From: Eledone cirrhosa
Taxonomy: Eukaryota
NCBI GenBank assembly: GCA_964016885.1
Contig: OZ024740.1
Location: 196,478,001 to 196,542,000 of the forward strand
Direction: 5' to 3'
Length of the DNA stretch: 64,000 nucleotides
Shown: piece after piece, positions 37,916 through 49,704 of the stretch
Layout of the letters: every line of letters starts with the position of its first letter
Position numbering within the stretch: position 1 is the stretch's first letter
Notes under the pieces: model-generated
The model's database searches: none
The model's input: the letters and a program-made list of their open reading frames with translations, nothing else
What the model was told of the DNA's origin: nothing
Position numbers and translations under genes: made by a program

Positions 37916-40787
37916 TCAAGGATCAATTTCCCCCTCGTCCCTCTGCATATGAAAGTCTGCCGTCCAGGTCGGTGGTCTACGACTCCGTTGCGATCTTCGT
38001 AGTATTGGGGCAGGGCTTTGGGTTTCCACCTCATCTTGGGTTTCCTCTTCCTCGGAGTCCGTCGACACAGTGATTCTTCTTACATCCAGGACATGACGTG
38101 GTACCCCGTCCACGGACACATTGTTCTTTGAATTTACGGCCGTCACCGTTCCCCTTCCCCATTGAGATGCGCAACGTGCATCTGGGGGCTTAACCCAGAC
38201 TTCTTCGCCCACCTGCACGAATGCACTCTCTCTCCCCACTGGCCGTTGTGGTGGCGTGCACGGGTGCCGCCACACGTATTTGAATACTGCTCTATGTGGC
38301 ACCGATTCCTCGACCTGTCCAACCCGAGGGGACATATTGTACCAGAACACTGCCTCCATTGGTGAGATATGGCCCCGCTCCGCCATTGCCTTGATCGTCC
38401 GGTGGTGTCGCTCCACGATTCCATTCCCGCTCGGCCTGTGCGCCGCTCTGAAGAAACGGTCCACCTTCCATCCATCGAGCATCTCCCTCAGTGCCTCCGA
38501 GCGGAACGCTGCGCTGTTGTCCATCAGCAGTTCATCCACAGGGCCCCGCTCCAAGAACACCTCTCTCAACGTCCGCACGATTTCCTCGGCCGTTTCAGTC
38601 TTCATCTCCCTCCATATCGCCATTCGACCTGGTCCACAGTCGACCATCAAGAGGTACGTTCCCTGCCGGCAGTGCGTCACATCCACCGCTAATCGCTTCC
38701 AGTCGCGATCCAGCGGGAGGCTTCCCGTTTCGTGTACACCCGGGGCGGGATCAATGGACTGACATCGGACGCAGCCTCTAACCACCCCCGAACACTGTGT
38801 CTGCTAACGTCCGAGTCGATTCTCCTGGCTAGGAACAGGCTCCTATCCACCCCCATGTGGTGCATGTCATGCAACCCCTTCAGGTCTAACTCGGTCAGCC
38901 GACACACGGCAGCTATCTCATCCTCTACCTCCTCCGGCGCTTCCATCCAGGCTTTCTTCACTCTAGTTAAGATGTCCGCCCTATTTTTCTCTGAGGGCAC
39001 GAACACTACGCTCAGCCTCAGGTCGAACTCGGTGGCCAGCTCTCCTAACGTTCCCAGGCGGCGCTTTATCAGCATCTCCGCCGCGCCTCTCGTTCGCACT
39101 CTCTTCTCACTGGTGAGCACTGATCTTACCCATCCGAGTACGGTAGCCGATTCGGTGCGTATCTCGATGGTGCGCAGCCCCCACCGCAGGGCGAGGTTCA
39201 CCCCTCTCAACACAGCGTCCAGCTCGGCCACATTGATGTGGCTGCAGTCGTCCTTCTTTCTAAGTCAGGCTGCATCCTCGACCTCAACACCTCCTATCTC
39301 CAACGTGACACCCAGCGTTATGCTGCTGGCATCGCACCATACGGTCCCGCTCCGTGATTTGGGAACGTACCAGCGTCCCCGCACTGGGTCGTCGGCCTTC
39401 ACCCTCCCCACGATCTCCTGCATCATGGCCACCGTTCTCTCTCCCACTCTGTCACTCCAAGTCACCCCTCCCGCTCGTCTCTTGACATAGTTGCATGCCG
39501 TCCGGAGCCACCCAGCGATCGGGTAGTGACCCACCAGCTTTCCACACACCGAGAAAAGCTCCCGCCTATTCATACTTGGGCCCAGTTCCGGAACTTCGTT
39601 TCCCCTCTGGAACACCAAAACGCCCGTCTTATCTCGCCGTAGCCTAAGTCCCAGCGCGGCTCCTCCCTCCAATGCTTCTGATGGCTTCGCAGTCAGTCCA
39701 TACCTCCGCAAATGGCTCGTGACCTCCGCCGTCGACACCACCGACTCGTCCACTAGGATGTCGTCAATGTAGGAGTTAGTAGCCCTCTTTATCTTGTCGG
39801 CCCTCCCCAGAGCGGTCTTGAGGACCGCCGCCATGATCTTCGGTGCGGAGCTCAGCCCGAAACCGAGCCTGGTCAGGCAATATGTCCGGCCCTTATACCT
39901 GACCAGCTGATACCGCCAGAGCTTCTCATCTATATGCAACTGCAAGTAAGCCGACTTTAGATCCACGATCGCTGAACCCCCCGTCATGCGTCTCCACTCA
40001 CGCAGGGTTTCCCCACAGACATCCGTGACCTCGCCACCTGTGTGGCATGACACGTGCTCGTTCAGCTCTCGATAGTCCAGCACCGGCCTCACCTTGCTCT
40101 TCGTGGGTTGCACCACCGCCATCAACGGCAATACTCCGCACTTCACCTCCTCCTTCCAGGGAAGCAGTATGCCCTCTTCGATCCATCTCTCTACTTCCCG
40201 CTCGAACTCGCTCCTAGCGTTTCCCTTCAATGTATGTTGATAGCAGCCCACTTTGGTCTTCAGTGTTGGCGGTTCTCCCTTCCAGTACCACTCAACAACC
40301 CATCGCTGCCCATCAAACACGGCCTTGAAGTCCTTGTCCTGTACAGTGTAAGCGGGGTATTCCTCCTCGTGGGCCTTCTGGTTCTCATGACGTGCACTTA
40401 CAGCGCATACCGATGCAGCGGCGCCAAACGACACACCGACATTGTTCACCGTGACGCCCCCTAGACGGCCAATCGCGTCCATGCCCATAACCACGCCGAT
40501 CCCATCCACCACACTGTCTACCACGATGGCGGAAAGCCTTATCGTCCTTCCCCGTACCGCTATTTCCATCTCGCTGCGACCTCGGCATTCAATTTTCCTG
40601 CCGTCGACTGCCCTTACGCTGCTATTCCCTCCCCACCTCTGCGCCACCCCCGCGGTCACCAGTGTCGTCGTACAGCCCGTATCCACGAGGGCTCGCTGTG
40701 GCTTCCCCCCCACGAAGACTTCCACCACGGGCAGCGCCGCTACTCGTAAGGGGCAACTACCGGCGCAGTAGTTCCCCTTGGATCGTT
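37916..40787 (-). pseudogene. pol: Gypsy pol (protease, RT, RNase H, integrase) with one stop and one frameshift
   Basis: LVDTGC; RPVLDYRELN; YIDD; WCDAS..AELDA; HHCC followed by D-D-E integrase motifs; TGA at 39265-39267 and a frameshift near 38785. Confidence 0.9.
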
Positions 40788-40791
40788 TCCC
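40734..40791 (-). promoter_or_regulatory. Programmed -1 ribosomal frameshift signal
   Basis: Slippery G GGA AAC in gag phase (40791-40785); downstream stem AAGGGG.AACTAC/GTAGTT.CCCCTT whose loop GCGCCG can pair with downstream CGGCGC; pol is open in the -1 frame. Confidence 0.85.
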
Positions 40792-41501
40792 TGGTCGCAG
40801 TTAGTAGCGATGTGGCCTGGTCGCTTACACCGGTAGCAAATTATCTCCGGCTTCGACTCTCTACAGTCTCTAGCCATATGCGGGCCGTGACACATAAAAC
40901 AGCGTCCCCTAAATTCTCGCGGACGGCCGCGTGCCGAGGTTGCCTCCCTTTGACCATTTCGCTGCCAGGTGTCCTGAGCCTCCGTAGTCGCTATCGCCGC
41001 GACACTCTTTTTGGCATCTTCCGCTATGATCCGGGCTTGTTCCACCAGTGAACGCATTTCCATCTCCTTGTACCCCGGGACTTGCTGCAGTTTCACTGCT
41101 ATGTCGTCCTGAAATCCATTGATGAATGCCAACCGCACCGTGCGTTCGCATTCCGCCTGGTAACCGGCCAACATAGCCAACCGCCTTATTTCCGCTGCGA
41201 AAATATCGACGCGCTCACCATTCCACCTGATTCTCGCCAGCTTAGCAAAAGCCGCCAACGGTCCCTCGGCGAATGCATCCATCAGTCGCCTCTCAATCTT
41301 CTGCACATCTCTTTGGCTGTGCTCGTCCAACTCAAGGAAGAGTACCAACGCGTCGCCCTCGAGGTACAATGCAATGAGACCGGCCACGTCTTCTATCTTC
41401 TGCAAGCCTGCGACCAGCCGAACCTTCTGCAGCCAAGCGACAACATCACCTTCCCCGGTGAATGGCCTGATAGCTTCGTTCATCCGTAGTCTTGTCGCCA
41501 T
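40740..41501 (-). CDS. gag: Gypsy Gag with two CCHC zinc knuckles
   Basis: Intact 253-aa ATG ORF; CFMCHGPHMARDC and CYRCKRPGHIATNC. Confidence 0.9.
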   Translation of the reverse strand: MATRLRMNEAIRPFTGEGDVVAWLQKVRLVAGLQKIEDVAGLIALYLEGDALVLFLELDEHSQRDVQKIERRLMDAFAEGPLAAFAKLARIRWNGERVDIFAAEIRRLAMLAGYQAECERTVRLAFINGFQDDIAVKLQQVPGYKEMEMRSLVEQARIIAEDAKKSVAAIATTEAQDTWQRNGQREATSARGRPREFRGRCFMCHGPHMARDCRESKPEIICYRCKRPGHIATNCDQGNDPRGTTAPVVAPYE

Positions 41502-41555
41502 CTTCTGATTTGTTTTGCGGCAAGTGTTTTTTTTTTTGTTTTTTTTTTTTCAGTC

Positions 41556-41567
41556 GCCGAAATAGCT
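41556..41567 (-). other. Atypical primer-binding site complementary to nt 1-12 of tRNA-Phe
   Basis: Plus strand GCCGAAATAGCT directly abuts the 5' LTR; no TGG-type PBS is present. Confidence 0.65.
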
Positions 41568-43330
41568 TGTAGTTAGAAAAAGCTATCTCACTTACCGCTT
41601 TTCACAGGCGCTGCTAAATTCCACTGCAGGTACTCCTCTTCCACGTGCGTCCGACTGCTTAACACCGGGAGCTGCCCAAAACTCGCGTCCACACCGTATG
41701 CTGGTCACCACTAGAGAGAGGCCCTCTCCTGGCCCTTCCGGTCGAGCATCCTTCCAGTCAAAGACCCCTTCCGGTCGAGCACTCAAAAACCCCTTCCGGT
41801 CGAGCACTCCCCCCCGCCTCCGGCCACCGCACGCCACACCATACCCACACTTATATCTGGTTATTAGTTGATATGATAATAACAAAGTTGTTAGAGGAAA
41901 TAACATGAATAATAAGATTAGATGTAATAACGAGAATATAAAGAATAAATGATTTGGTTTATATATGGTTTACTTCACATGAATCAATTAAGTCCATATA
42001 AAACAGTTACCAAGAGTTGTTAATGTTGTTATTGTTGTTGATGTGAAAACAGCGAGCGAACAGATTATGTTGTTGTTGTTGTTGGAGTCCGTGGTAATAG
42101 TTGAGACCATAGTGAGTGAGAGAGAGTAATGGTTTGCATACCTCTGAATGGTCTGTAATTGGTTGTAGACCACTGTGGCTTGTACATGGTCTGTAGTGGT
42201 AGGGCTCCAATCTCTCTGTGTGTATCTGTAGACCTTGTGGGGTCTGTTGATAGTGGTGAATCTTTCACATAGCTTGTTCTGTAGTGGGGTGCTCCGATGT
42301 CTCTATTTCTGTAGATCACTTGGGTCTGTTGATAGCAGTGAATCTTTACATAGTTAGTTGCTAGCGTAATGCTCCGATGTCTCTGACTAAAGTAGGATGA
42401 TACAGGCTCTATATATAGCTGTCACTTCCTGTCTCCCACCTTGAGGGGATAGCCAACGCATCAACCTGTTCACACCAAAAGGGTGATGACCCAGAATTTG
42501 ACCTTTAGATGTCGCCCAAGGTTCAAGGCGCGGACAGATTTCGCTACAGGATGCCCTTCTTAATGCCCTCCTTCACAGAGTGTACTGGATATGTTCTTCG
42601 TGACACCAACATTACCACTTTACTTAGTGGACTGGGTGAATTTTATCGTGGCACCAGCTCAAGAGAGGTTCTTCCGTGTTCTGCCAGATTGGTGTCACGT
42701 AAAAAAAAAAGCACTAGTACATTCTGTAAGGTAGTTGGCGTTAGGAAGGGCATCAAGCCATAGACATCATGCCAAATATTATACATATAAGATGAGATTG
42801 CTTTAAACTGTCAAGGCTCGGACCATAACCAATCCAACCCATGCCAGCGGGGAAAGCAGACGTATTATGATGGTTTCTACTTTATAGTATTATATTAAAT
42901 GTTTAACGAGTGGCCACATTTTATACATTTGAAACAATAGATTGAAATATAAAATCTGCTTTAAAAATGCATTGTAGTTATACCTCCAATAACACACACA
43001 CACGTATATATATATATATATTTGCAGTACTAGTGCTAATATCATGTTATATATTTAATTATAAAATTAAATTAACGTCCTTTAAGGTTTGGTAATGCGC
43101 CTCACTGAGGTGTGCAGTCTTGGTGGCTGCCAACTTGGATTAGATAGTAATGCCAGCCCCGAGTCCTACACTTTTAGACTTTGTCTCTCAGAAATACACC
43201 TCTGTGTGGTCGATTGGCTTGCTAGAAATAGTAGCCAGATCTCACTCTCATCACACCTGACCGTAATTACAAAAAATAGATACATTGGATAATATTCAGT
43301 GTATCCATGGCTGGAATGCCTTTGATCATA

Positions 43331-43524
43331 CAGACCTGCCAACCTCTAAAAAGCCAAACGGGGATTACCCCGAAAAAAGTGCCCCGAAACGGAGCGAAAT
43401 GAGGCAAAATAGGGAGATTTGACATAATGAAAGCTATACCCATTTTCACAAGAGAAGACATCTCTCACCCACCCCAAAGTGGCTGGGAGATCTCCCCGTC
43501 TGACGGGGTGAGTTGACAGGTCTG
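43331..43524. mobile_element. MITE (copy 2)
   Basis: TIRs CAGACCTGCCAAC and GTTGACAGGTCTG; 7-bp TSD GATCATA. Confidence 0.8.
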
Positions 43525-44024
43525 GATCATAGGCCTGCTTCGTCATCTGACCTAGGGTTAAACAATGGCAAAAATGCACATTGATCTTATACCAAGTCTA
43601 TACTAGTTTGGCAACACTATTATTTGTATATAAAATACACAGAAGTCATTAAAACAGATACAAACGGGTTTTACAACAAATACCAAGCTCGATTTATACC
43701 AAGCTCGATATTTCTTAACATGTCATTCAAAGAATGTAACTAACAGATTTATTTGTTATAGAAATATTTCTTTTTCGTCTTGAGCCGTCGGTTAATCTGA
43801 AATATAGATGATATCATTTTCTGCATGTTAATACATAACACCCTGTACAACATTAGCAAACCATTCTTGAAAAGTACAAATCTGCTTTATGGCTGCACCA
43901 CCTTGAAAATTATAGTCTTTGCTCTAATATTGTAAGTTTTCATAATTATCTGTCCAGTAACAAAGATACTATTTGAATTAACATACCCGTTTTTTCATAT
44001 TTTCTGTTCAATCATTACAGGATA

Positions 44025-44509
44025 CTAGCAGAAAAACCACCCCTCGGGTGGTTTTCTGCTAGCATGTGTAATGTGTATATTGATATTATACGCAAGTATA
44101 TATACATGTAGATATGATACATCAAATAAAATCGTAATTAACAATATATAATACATAGAAAGTGAACGAAGACTGCGTTACACTGTCTTATGTAATCAGT
44201 AACGTAATCCATGATACATTAAAAAAAGACGATATTATATATAAACTGCATTAGGAGAAATTAGTGACAGAAAATTAGTATGTTTATTTAAGCGATCGCC
44301 AACCGGAAGTGTTGACGTTTCAGATATTTTAAAGAAGTGAATCTTTAAATAAACAAAATATATTTAATCAACAGCCACGAAATTTAGTAGATAAATTATG
44401 TAATATTCATTCATTATTTATTCAAAGTAATCCAACTTATTTTACTAATGGGATAAAAAAATTATAAACCGTGCGCAGTCCCGCGCTGCTTACTTTATTA
44501 TAGTTTAGA
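44025..44509 (-). mobile_element. Non-autonomous Helitron-like element
   Basis: Minus strand starts TCTAAACTATAATAAAG and ends with a hairpin plus CTAG; inserted between A and T. Confidence 0.6.
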
Positions 44510-44845
44510 TTATGAGTTATGTTTCATGTTGACATTAACATCTAACTAAAGATCATGTAGTGATTAGAAAAAAGCTTCTCAAATTGTAGGTAATAATCCC
44601 TAAGTGGTTGCATAAAGGTATTCTCTATATGTTAAATAGTAATATTAGTTAGACAATTAAAGGATTGGAATTATTGATAGAGCATCGGACAACATGCTTC
44701 GCAGCATAGAGTCACGGCCCTTTATGTTCTAAGTTCAAATCCCGCCAAGGTTAGCTTTACCTTTCCTCCTTACGGGGTCGATAAAATAAAGCACCAGTAA
44801 TTGCTGGTCTTGTGCTTAAAGTAGAAAAATATATTAGTTAAACAA

Positions 44846-44918
<73 letters not shown>

Positions 44919-45446
44919 GTATATTATGAGTTAGAGTGTTCGGGAATTCAATTTCAGGCGACGTGTTGTGTCCTTGAGCAAAACACTCTACTGCAAATTT
45001 TCAAATTCCTCCAGTCCACTCAGCTGGAAGAAGATGAATTGTATTTGTATTTTAAAGTGTAGGTCTTGTCACATATTGTTGTCATGCTGAATTTCCCTGA
45101 TAACTACGTTATGAGTGCTCGTGTCTGTGAAATGTTTATCGTCCTAGGTACCTCTTAATCTGGAACACCTTATCGTCCAAGATACCTCTTAATCTGGAAC
45201 ACATTTGAGCGTAGGTTTGCAAACTCCATGAGCAAGCAGTTCGAATAAGTGGAGCACTCGTCGTCATAACTAACGAAGGTCCAATGCGCGCAGACACTCA
45301 CACACACACACACAAACACACACAGACATACACACACACGCACACACAGACAGACATACACAGACACGCTCGCACAGACAGACACACACACGCGCACACA
45401 CACACACGAACGAACAGACAGACAGACACAAAGAGAGAGAGAGAGA

Positions 45447-45522
<76 letters not shown>

Positions 45523-45772
45523 CACACACACATACGTATTGATACATGGAATGTAAAAACATTGTGTGGGCATATGAATTTTAGCAGGCAGTGTCACAGA
45601 CATTGCTTGCATTTCATTCTATGAAACAGGGAACTAAAGAAAATTGAAGAAAAAAAAAGTTATTTATTTTAATGAAAAAATGTTATTCGTAAAAAAAATA
45701 AGTGTATTTATTCTTACTGTTTTCTTCTCGCCGGAAGTTAATTTCCTCTGTTTCCTAATATTTATCTCCACC

Positions 45773-46585
45773 AACGACACTACCACTACTACTGCTACCA
45801 TCATCATCATCATCGTCGTCGTCATCATCCTCACCACCACCACCACCACCACCACCACCACCACCACCACCACCACCACCACCACCTCCACCACCACCAC
45901 CACCACCACCACCACCACCACCAACACCACCACCACCACCTCCACTACCACCACCACAACCACCTCCACCACCACCACCACCACCACCACCACAACCACC
46001 ACCACTACCACCACAACCACCACCACCTCCACCACCACCACCACCACCACCACCACCACCACCACCACCATCACCACCACCACCACCACCTCCACCACCA
46101 CCACCACCACCACCACTACCACCACCACCACCACTACCACCACCACAACCACCTCCACCACCACCACCACCACCACCACCACCACCACCACCACCACCAC
46201 CACCACCACCACCACCACCACCACCACAACCACCACCACCACCTCCACCACCACCACCACTACCACCACCACCACCACCACTACCACCACCACAACCACC
46301 TCCACCACCACCACCACCACCACCACCACCACCACCACCACCACCACCACCACCAACACCACCACCACCACCAACACCACCACCACCACCACCTCCACTA
46401 CCACCACCACCACCACCACAACCACCAACACCACCATCATCACCACCACCACCACTACCACCATCACTACTGCTATCATCATCATCATCGTCATCACAAC
46501 CTCCTCCTCCTCCTCCTCCTCCTCCTCATCATCATCATCATCATAATTATCGTCATCATCATTATCATCATCATCATCATCATCA
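45773..46585. repeat. Long (CAC)n triplet array with (CAT)n and (CTC)n flanks
   Basis: Directly visible; produces poly-Thr and poly-Val pseudo-ORFs. Confidence 0.95.
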
Positions 46586-47834
46586 AGCAAGTAAGGGGTT
46601 CGTGATTATTCTAGTTTTAACGTGCAGTGGATGTTAGTTAAAGATAGGGCTATAATTAGACAAGATGGCTTCCATTACAAATGCTGCCATTATCTCATTA
46701 TCTTTATTGACCCAACAGAGAACAACATGCCGGAATTGAGACTTAACACGCATCTGTAAAAGAATGAATTGTGCTTTAATGAAATTTAAGGTACACGGGG
46801 AGGTATGGGAGTTAAACATTTGCTGAATACTTGCAACAGTATCTGGCCTTGGTCAGATATAAATTATAAACAATATTGGATTGGCAGTATCGGTAGAGAG
46901 TCGGACGCCATGCTTTCCAGCATAGAGTTACGTCCCTTTACGGACTGAGTTCAAACCCCGACGAGGTTAACTTTGCCTTTCATCCTTATGGGGCCGATAA
47001 AATAAAGTACCAGTAATGTACTGAGTAATTGCTGGCCTTGTGCCAAAAGTAGAAACAATTATTATATTCTTTTATTCAAGGCATAAACAGTGTTTTATTA
47101 TTTCTACTGACAATTATACTGCATACATACATACATACATACATACATACATAGAAGGCACTTCGTCGGTTACGACAAAGAGTGTTCCAGTTAATCTAAT
47201 CAACGGAAACAACCTGATCGTGAAATTAATGTGCAAGTGGCTGAGCATTCCACAGGAACGTGTACTTTTACCGTAGTTCTTAGGAAGATTCAACGTGACA
47301 CAGAATATGTCAATGGTGACCCTTCGAATTACAGGCACAACTCATTTTTGCCAGCTGAGTGGACTGGAGCATCGTGATATAAAGTGACTTGCTCAAGGAC
47401 ACAACGCGTCGCCGAGAATCGAACTCACGAACTTACGATTGTGAGCCGAATACTCTAACCACAAAGCCACGCACCTTCACTTACATACATATAAACATAC
47501 ATACATACATGCATACATACATACACATGGTGAAGGTGCATGGCTTAATGGTTAGAGAGTTGGGCTTGCAATCGGAATGTGATGAGCAAGACACCTTATT
47601 TCACGTTGCTCCAGTATACTTAGCTAAAGAAAATAAGTTACGAAGTCACTTGTGCCAAGCTGTATCGGCCTTGGACAACATCGGTGGTATGGAGAGGGGA
47701 GACTGGTATGCATGGGCGACTACTGGTCTTCCACAAACAACCTTGCTTGGATTTGTGCCTCGGAGGGGAACTTTCTTGGTGCAAATCCCAAGGTAATTCA
47801 TGACCTATGGAGGTCTTTACTCTTACCCTTTATG

Positions 47835-47973
47835 TCTTCTTCTTCTTCTTCTTCTTCTTCTTCTTCTTCTTCTTCTTCTTCTTCTTCTTCTTCTTCTTCT
47901 TCTTCTTCTTCTTCTTCTTCTTCTTCTTCTTCTTCTTCTTCTTCTTCTTCTTCTTCTTCTTCTTCTTCTTCTT

Positions 47974-48003
<30 letters not shown>
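47835..48003. repeat. (TTC)n microsatellite
   Basis: Perfect triplet run. Confidence 0.95.
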
Positions 48004-48004
<1 letters not shown>

Positions 48005-48009
48005 ATCAG

Positions 48010-48560
48010 AATTCCTCCTCTACACCTGCTATCAGGAATACGTCTGGGGTCCTCCTGTCTTCATGGAAGTGGGTGGAGAGAATACTTTACTGATCCCCTA
48101 AACCTGATCAGAATAGCATCTTCTGATGTACACGAGGTGCATCTGGGAGCGGTGACTAATCTTTCGGAGGATGAGGTCACAAGAGCAGTAAAAGAGCTCA
48201 AACGTGGCAAAGCTGCTGGGGAAGATAAAACATGGTCTGGGGTGTTAAACGCCTTAAATAGAGAACATGCTCTCTGGCTGACTCATGTGAGCCGGGTGGC
48301 CTGGATCTCTGGAAAGCACCTAAACAATGGCAATCGGGGTGATAATCTCAATTTTCAAAAATTGAGACAAGAGAGATTGTTTCTATCACAGAGGGATCTC
48401 CTTATTAAGTCTTCCCGGTAAAGTCTATACTAATTGTCTGACAAAGAGATGTGGGGAGATTGTCGAGTCTAAGCTAGCTAACGAACAGTAGGGTTTTCGC
48501 CCCGGACGCAGCACAACCGACTAAATATTCACACTGCGACAGGTCTTCGAGAAATCGTGT
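48010..48560 (+). pseudogene. RTE-type RT N-terminal fragment
   Basis: EDEVTRAVKELKRGKAAGED, RGISLLSLPGKVY, GFRPGRSTTD*IFTLRQVFEK, with stops and frameshifts. Confidence 0.8.
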
Positions 48561-48740
48561 CAAGATATATATATATATAAATGTGTGTAATAATAATAAA
48601 TTTGAAGACTAAAATCCAAAGAGGGCTCGATAAGGATAATTATATATCAAATATATAAGAACCCTAGAGCAAATATTTATTAAAATAACAGATTAAAGTT
48701 TAAGCAAAGAATCGCTGCTTTCACCCTTAACGGGATCTTC

Positions 48741-48790
<50 letters not shown>

Positions 48791-48893
48791 TCTTTTACTC
48801 TTTTACCTGTTCCAGCCATCCGGCTGAGGCCATGCTGGAGCACCGCATATTCATTTTTTTTTCTTTATTTTCCTCTAGGAATATATTACACAG

Positions 48894-48982
48894 ATGCCTG
48901 TACGTTTTGAATGAATCTGACAGCGCTGTTTCAAGATTTGTTAATCTTTCATCAGTGACACTTATTCAATCCGTACTGGCAT
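48894..48982 (-). ncRNA. Type I hammerhead ribozyme with extended stem I, predicted cleavage after GUC (48919)
   Basis: CUGAUGA; stem II AAGAUU/AAUCUU; GAAACAGCGCUGUC with palindromic stem III; stem I extends via UUGAAU/AUUCAA, GUACG/CGUAC and AUGCC/GGCAU; A-A mismatch next to the core. Confidence 0.75.
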
Positions 48983-49451
48983 GAAAATAGACAAGAGTCT
49001 ATGTAGAATTTTGCTTCATGCTCATTTGCATATAGCAAACAGAAAACATCGGTTGGAAATGGTTATTTGTATGTGGTGAGAACTTGACTGCTTATATTTA
49101 ATTGGTGCGCGCGCGTGTGTGTTGTTTTCAAATGTAGTTTTTCATTTTTCTTCTTTATTTGAATATAGAATTGATGGCACAAAATGATTTATTTAGATTA
49201 AATGAACTTGTTGGATGTCATGATTATTCAATAAAAATGTCAGATGACGCTGGATTGATTTTATTTTTTCAATCATTAATTTGTTTGTATAATAACGTAT
49301 TTTAAGCAGACGTTTATTGGTCCATAGATTGAATCTGGTTGAGATGGTGAACAAATATGGTACTTTGAGAGAGAGAGAAAGGGAGGGGGGGAGACACACA
49401 ATTCAGGGAAGAAGTAAAGGCTTCATAGAGTTCAAATTATATATATATATA

Positions 49452-49519
<68 letters not shown>

Positions 49520-49666
49520 AATTAAAATACTAGAGTGTGTTGGAGTTAAACACCCTCTTCGTATTATAGAAATGACAGTAAAGGTATAGCTCAATGTAAT
49601 TAAACAGAGCCGAAGAATTATGAAAATAAACCAAAGAAGCCTTCAATACATCAAAAGTCTTTATTA

Positions 49667-49704
49667 GCCAACAATGTTTCGTCCTATTAAGGACTCACCA
49701 GGGC
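49667..49704 (-). ncRNA. Minimal type I hammerhead, A6G mutated
   Basis: GCC-CUGGUGA-GUCCU-UAAU-AGGAC-GAAAC-AUU-GUU-GGC. Confidence 0.65.

Larger units (their letters stand above)
37621..41849 (-). mobile_element. Full-length compact Ty3/Gypsy LTR retrotransposon (4229 bp)
   Basis: 282-bp TG..CA LTRs at 37621-37902 and 41568-41849 (one mismatch seen); 5-bp TSD CTTAT; PPT AGATCAGGGGGGCG; domain order gag-PR-RT-RH-IN. Confidence 0.97.
37578..42548. mobile_element. Solo LTR of about 740 bp (37578-37620 plus 41855-42548) split by the Gypsy insertion
   Basis: Ends TTTAACGAA and TTCGCTACA (decayed TG..CA inverted termini); 4-bp TSD GGAT (37574-37577 and 42549-42552); internal tandem repeats of about 84 bp; splits a SINE-like repeat. 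Confidence 0.65.

Noticed and set aside
39265-39267. In-frame TGA in pol as selenocysteine or readthrough
   Set aside because: The context suggests a TGG-to-TGA mutation of a Trp codon; no SECIS identified, and pol also carries a frameshift.
38256-41489. Long plus-strand ORFs antisense to Gypsy gag/pol
   Set aside because: Shadow ORFs of GC-rich coding sequence with no recognisable motifs.
43700-44010. Possible transposase or exon remnant on the minus strand
   Set aside because: The frames I read are short or interrupted and show no recognisable motif.
45644-46590. 300-aa poly-Thr 'mucin-like' ORF and the antisense poly-Val ORF
   Set aside because: A (CAC)n triplet array lacks stops by construction; no supporting gene structure.
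46634-46775. Possible minus-strand host exon after TTCTTTTACAG (weaker acceptor-like sites near 49365 and 53780)
   Set aside because: No donor site or recognisable protein; needs RNA-seq evidence.
48690-48745. Hammerhead-like UCGAAGA-UCCC..GGGU-GAAA on the minus strand (related sequence at 12283-12345 and 12400-12530)
   Set aside because: No valid stem III/NUH or stem I; likely a PLE-tail repeat but not supportable as a ribozyme.
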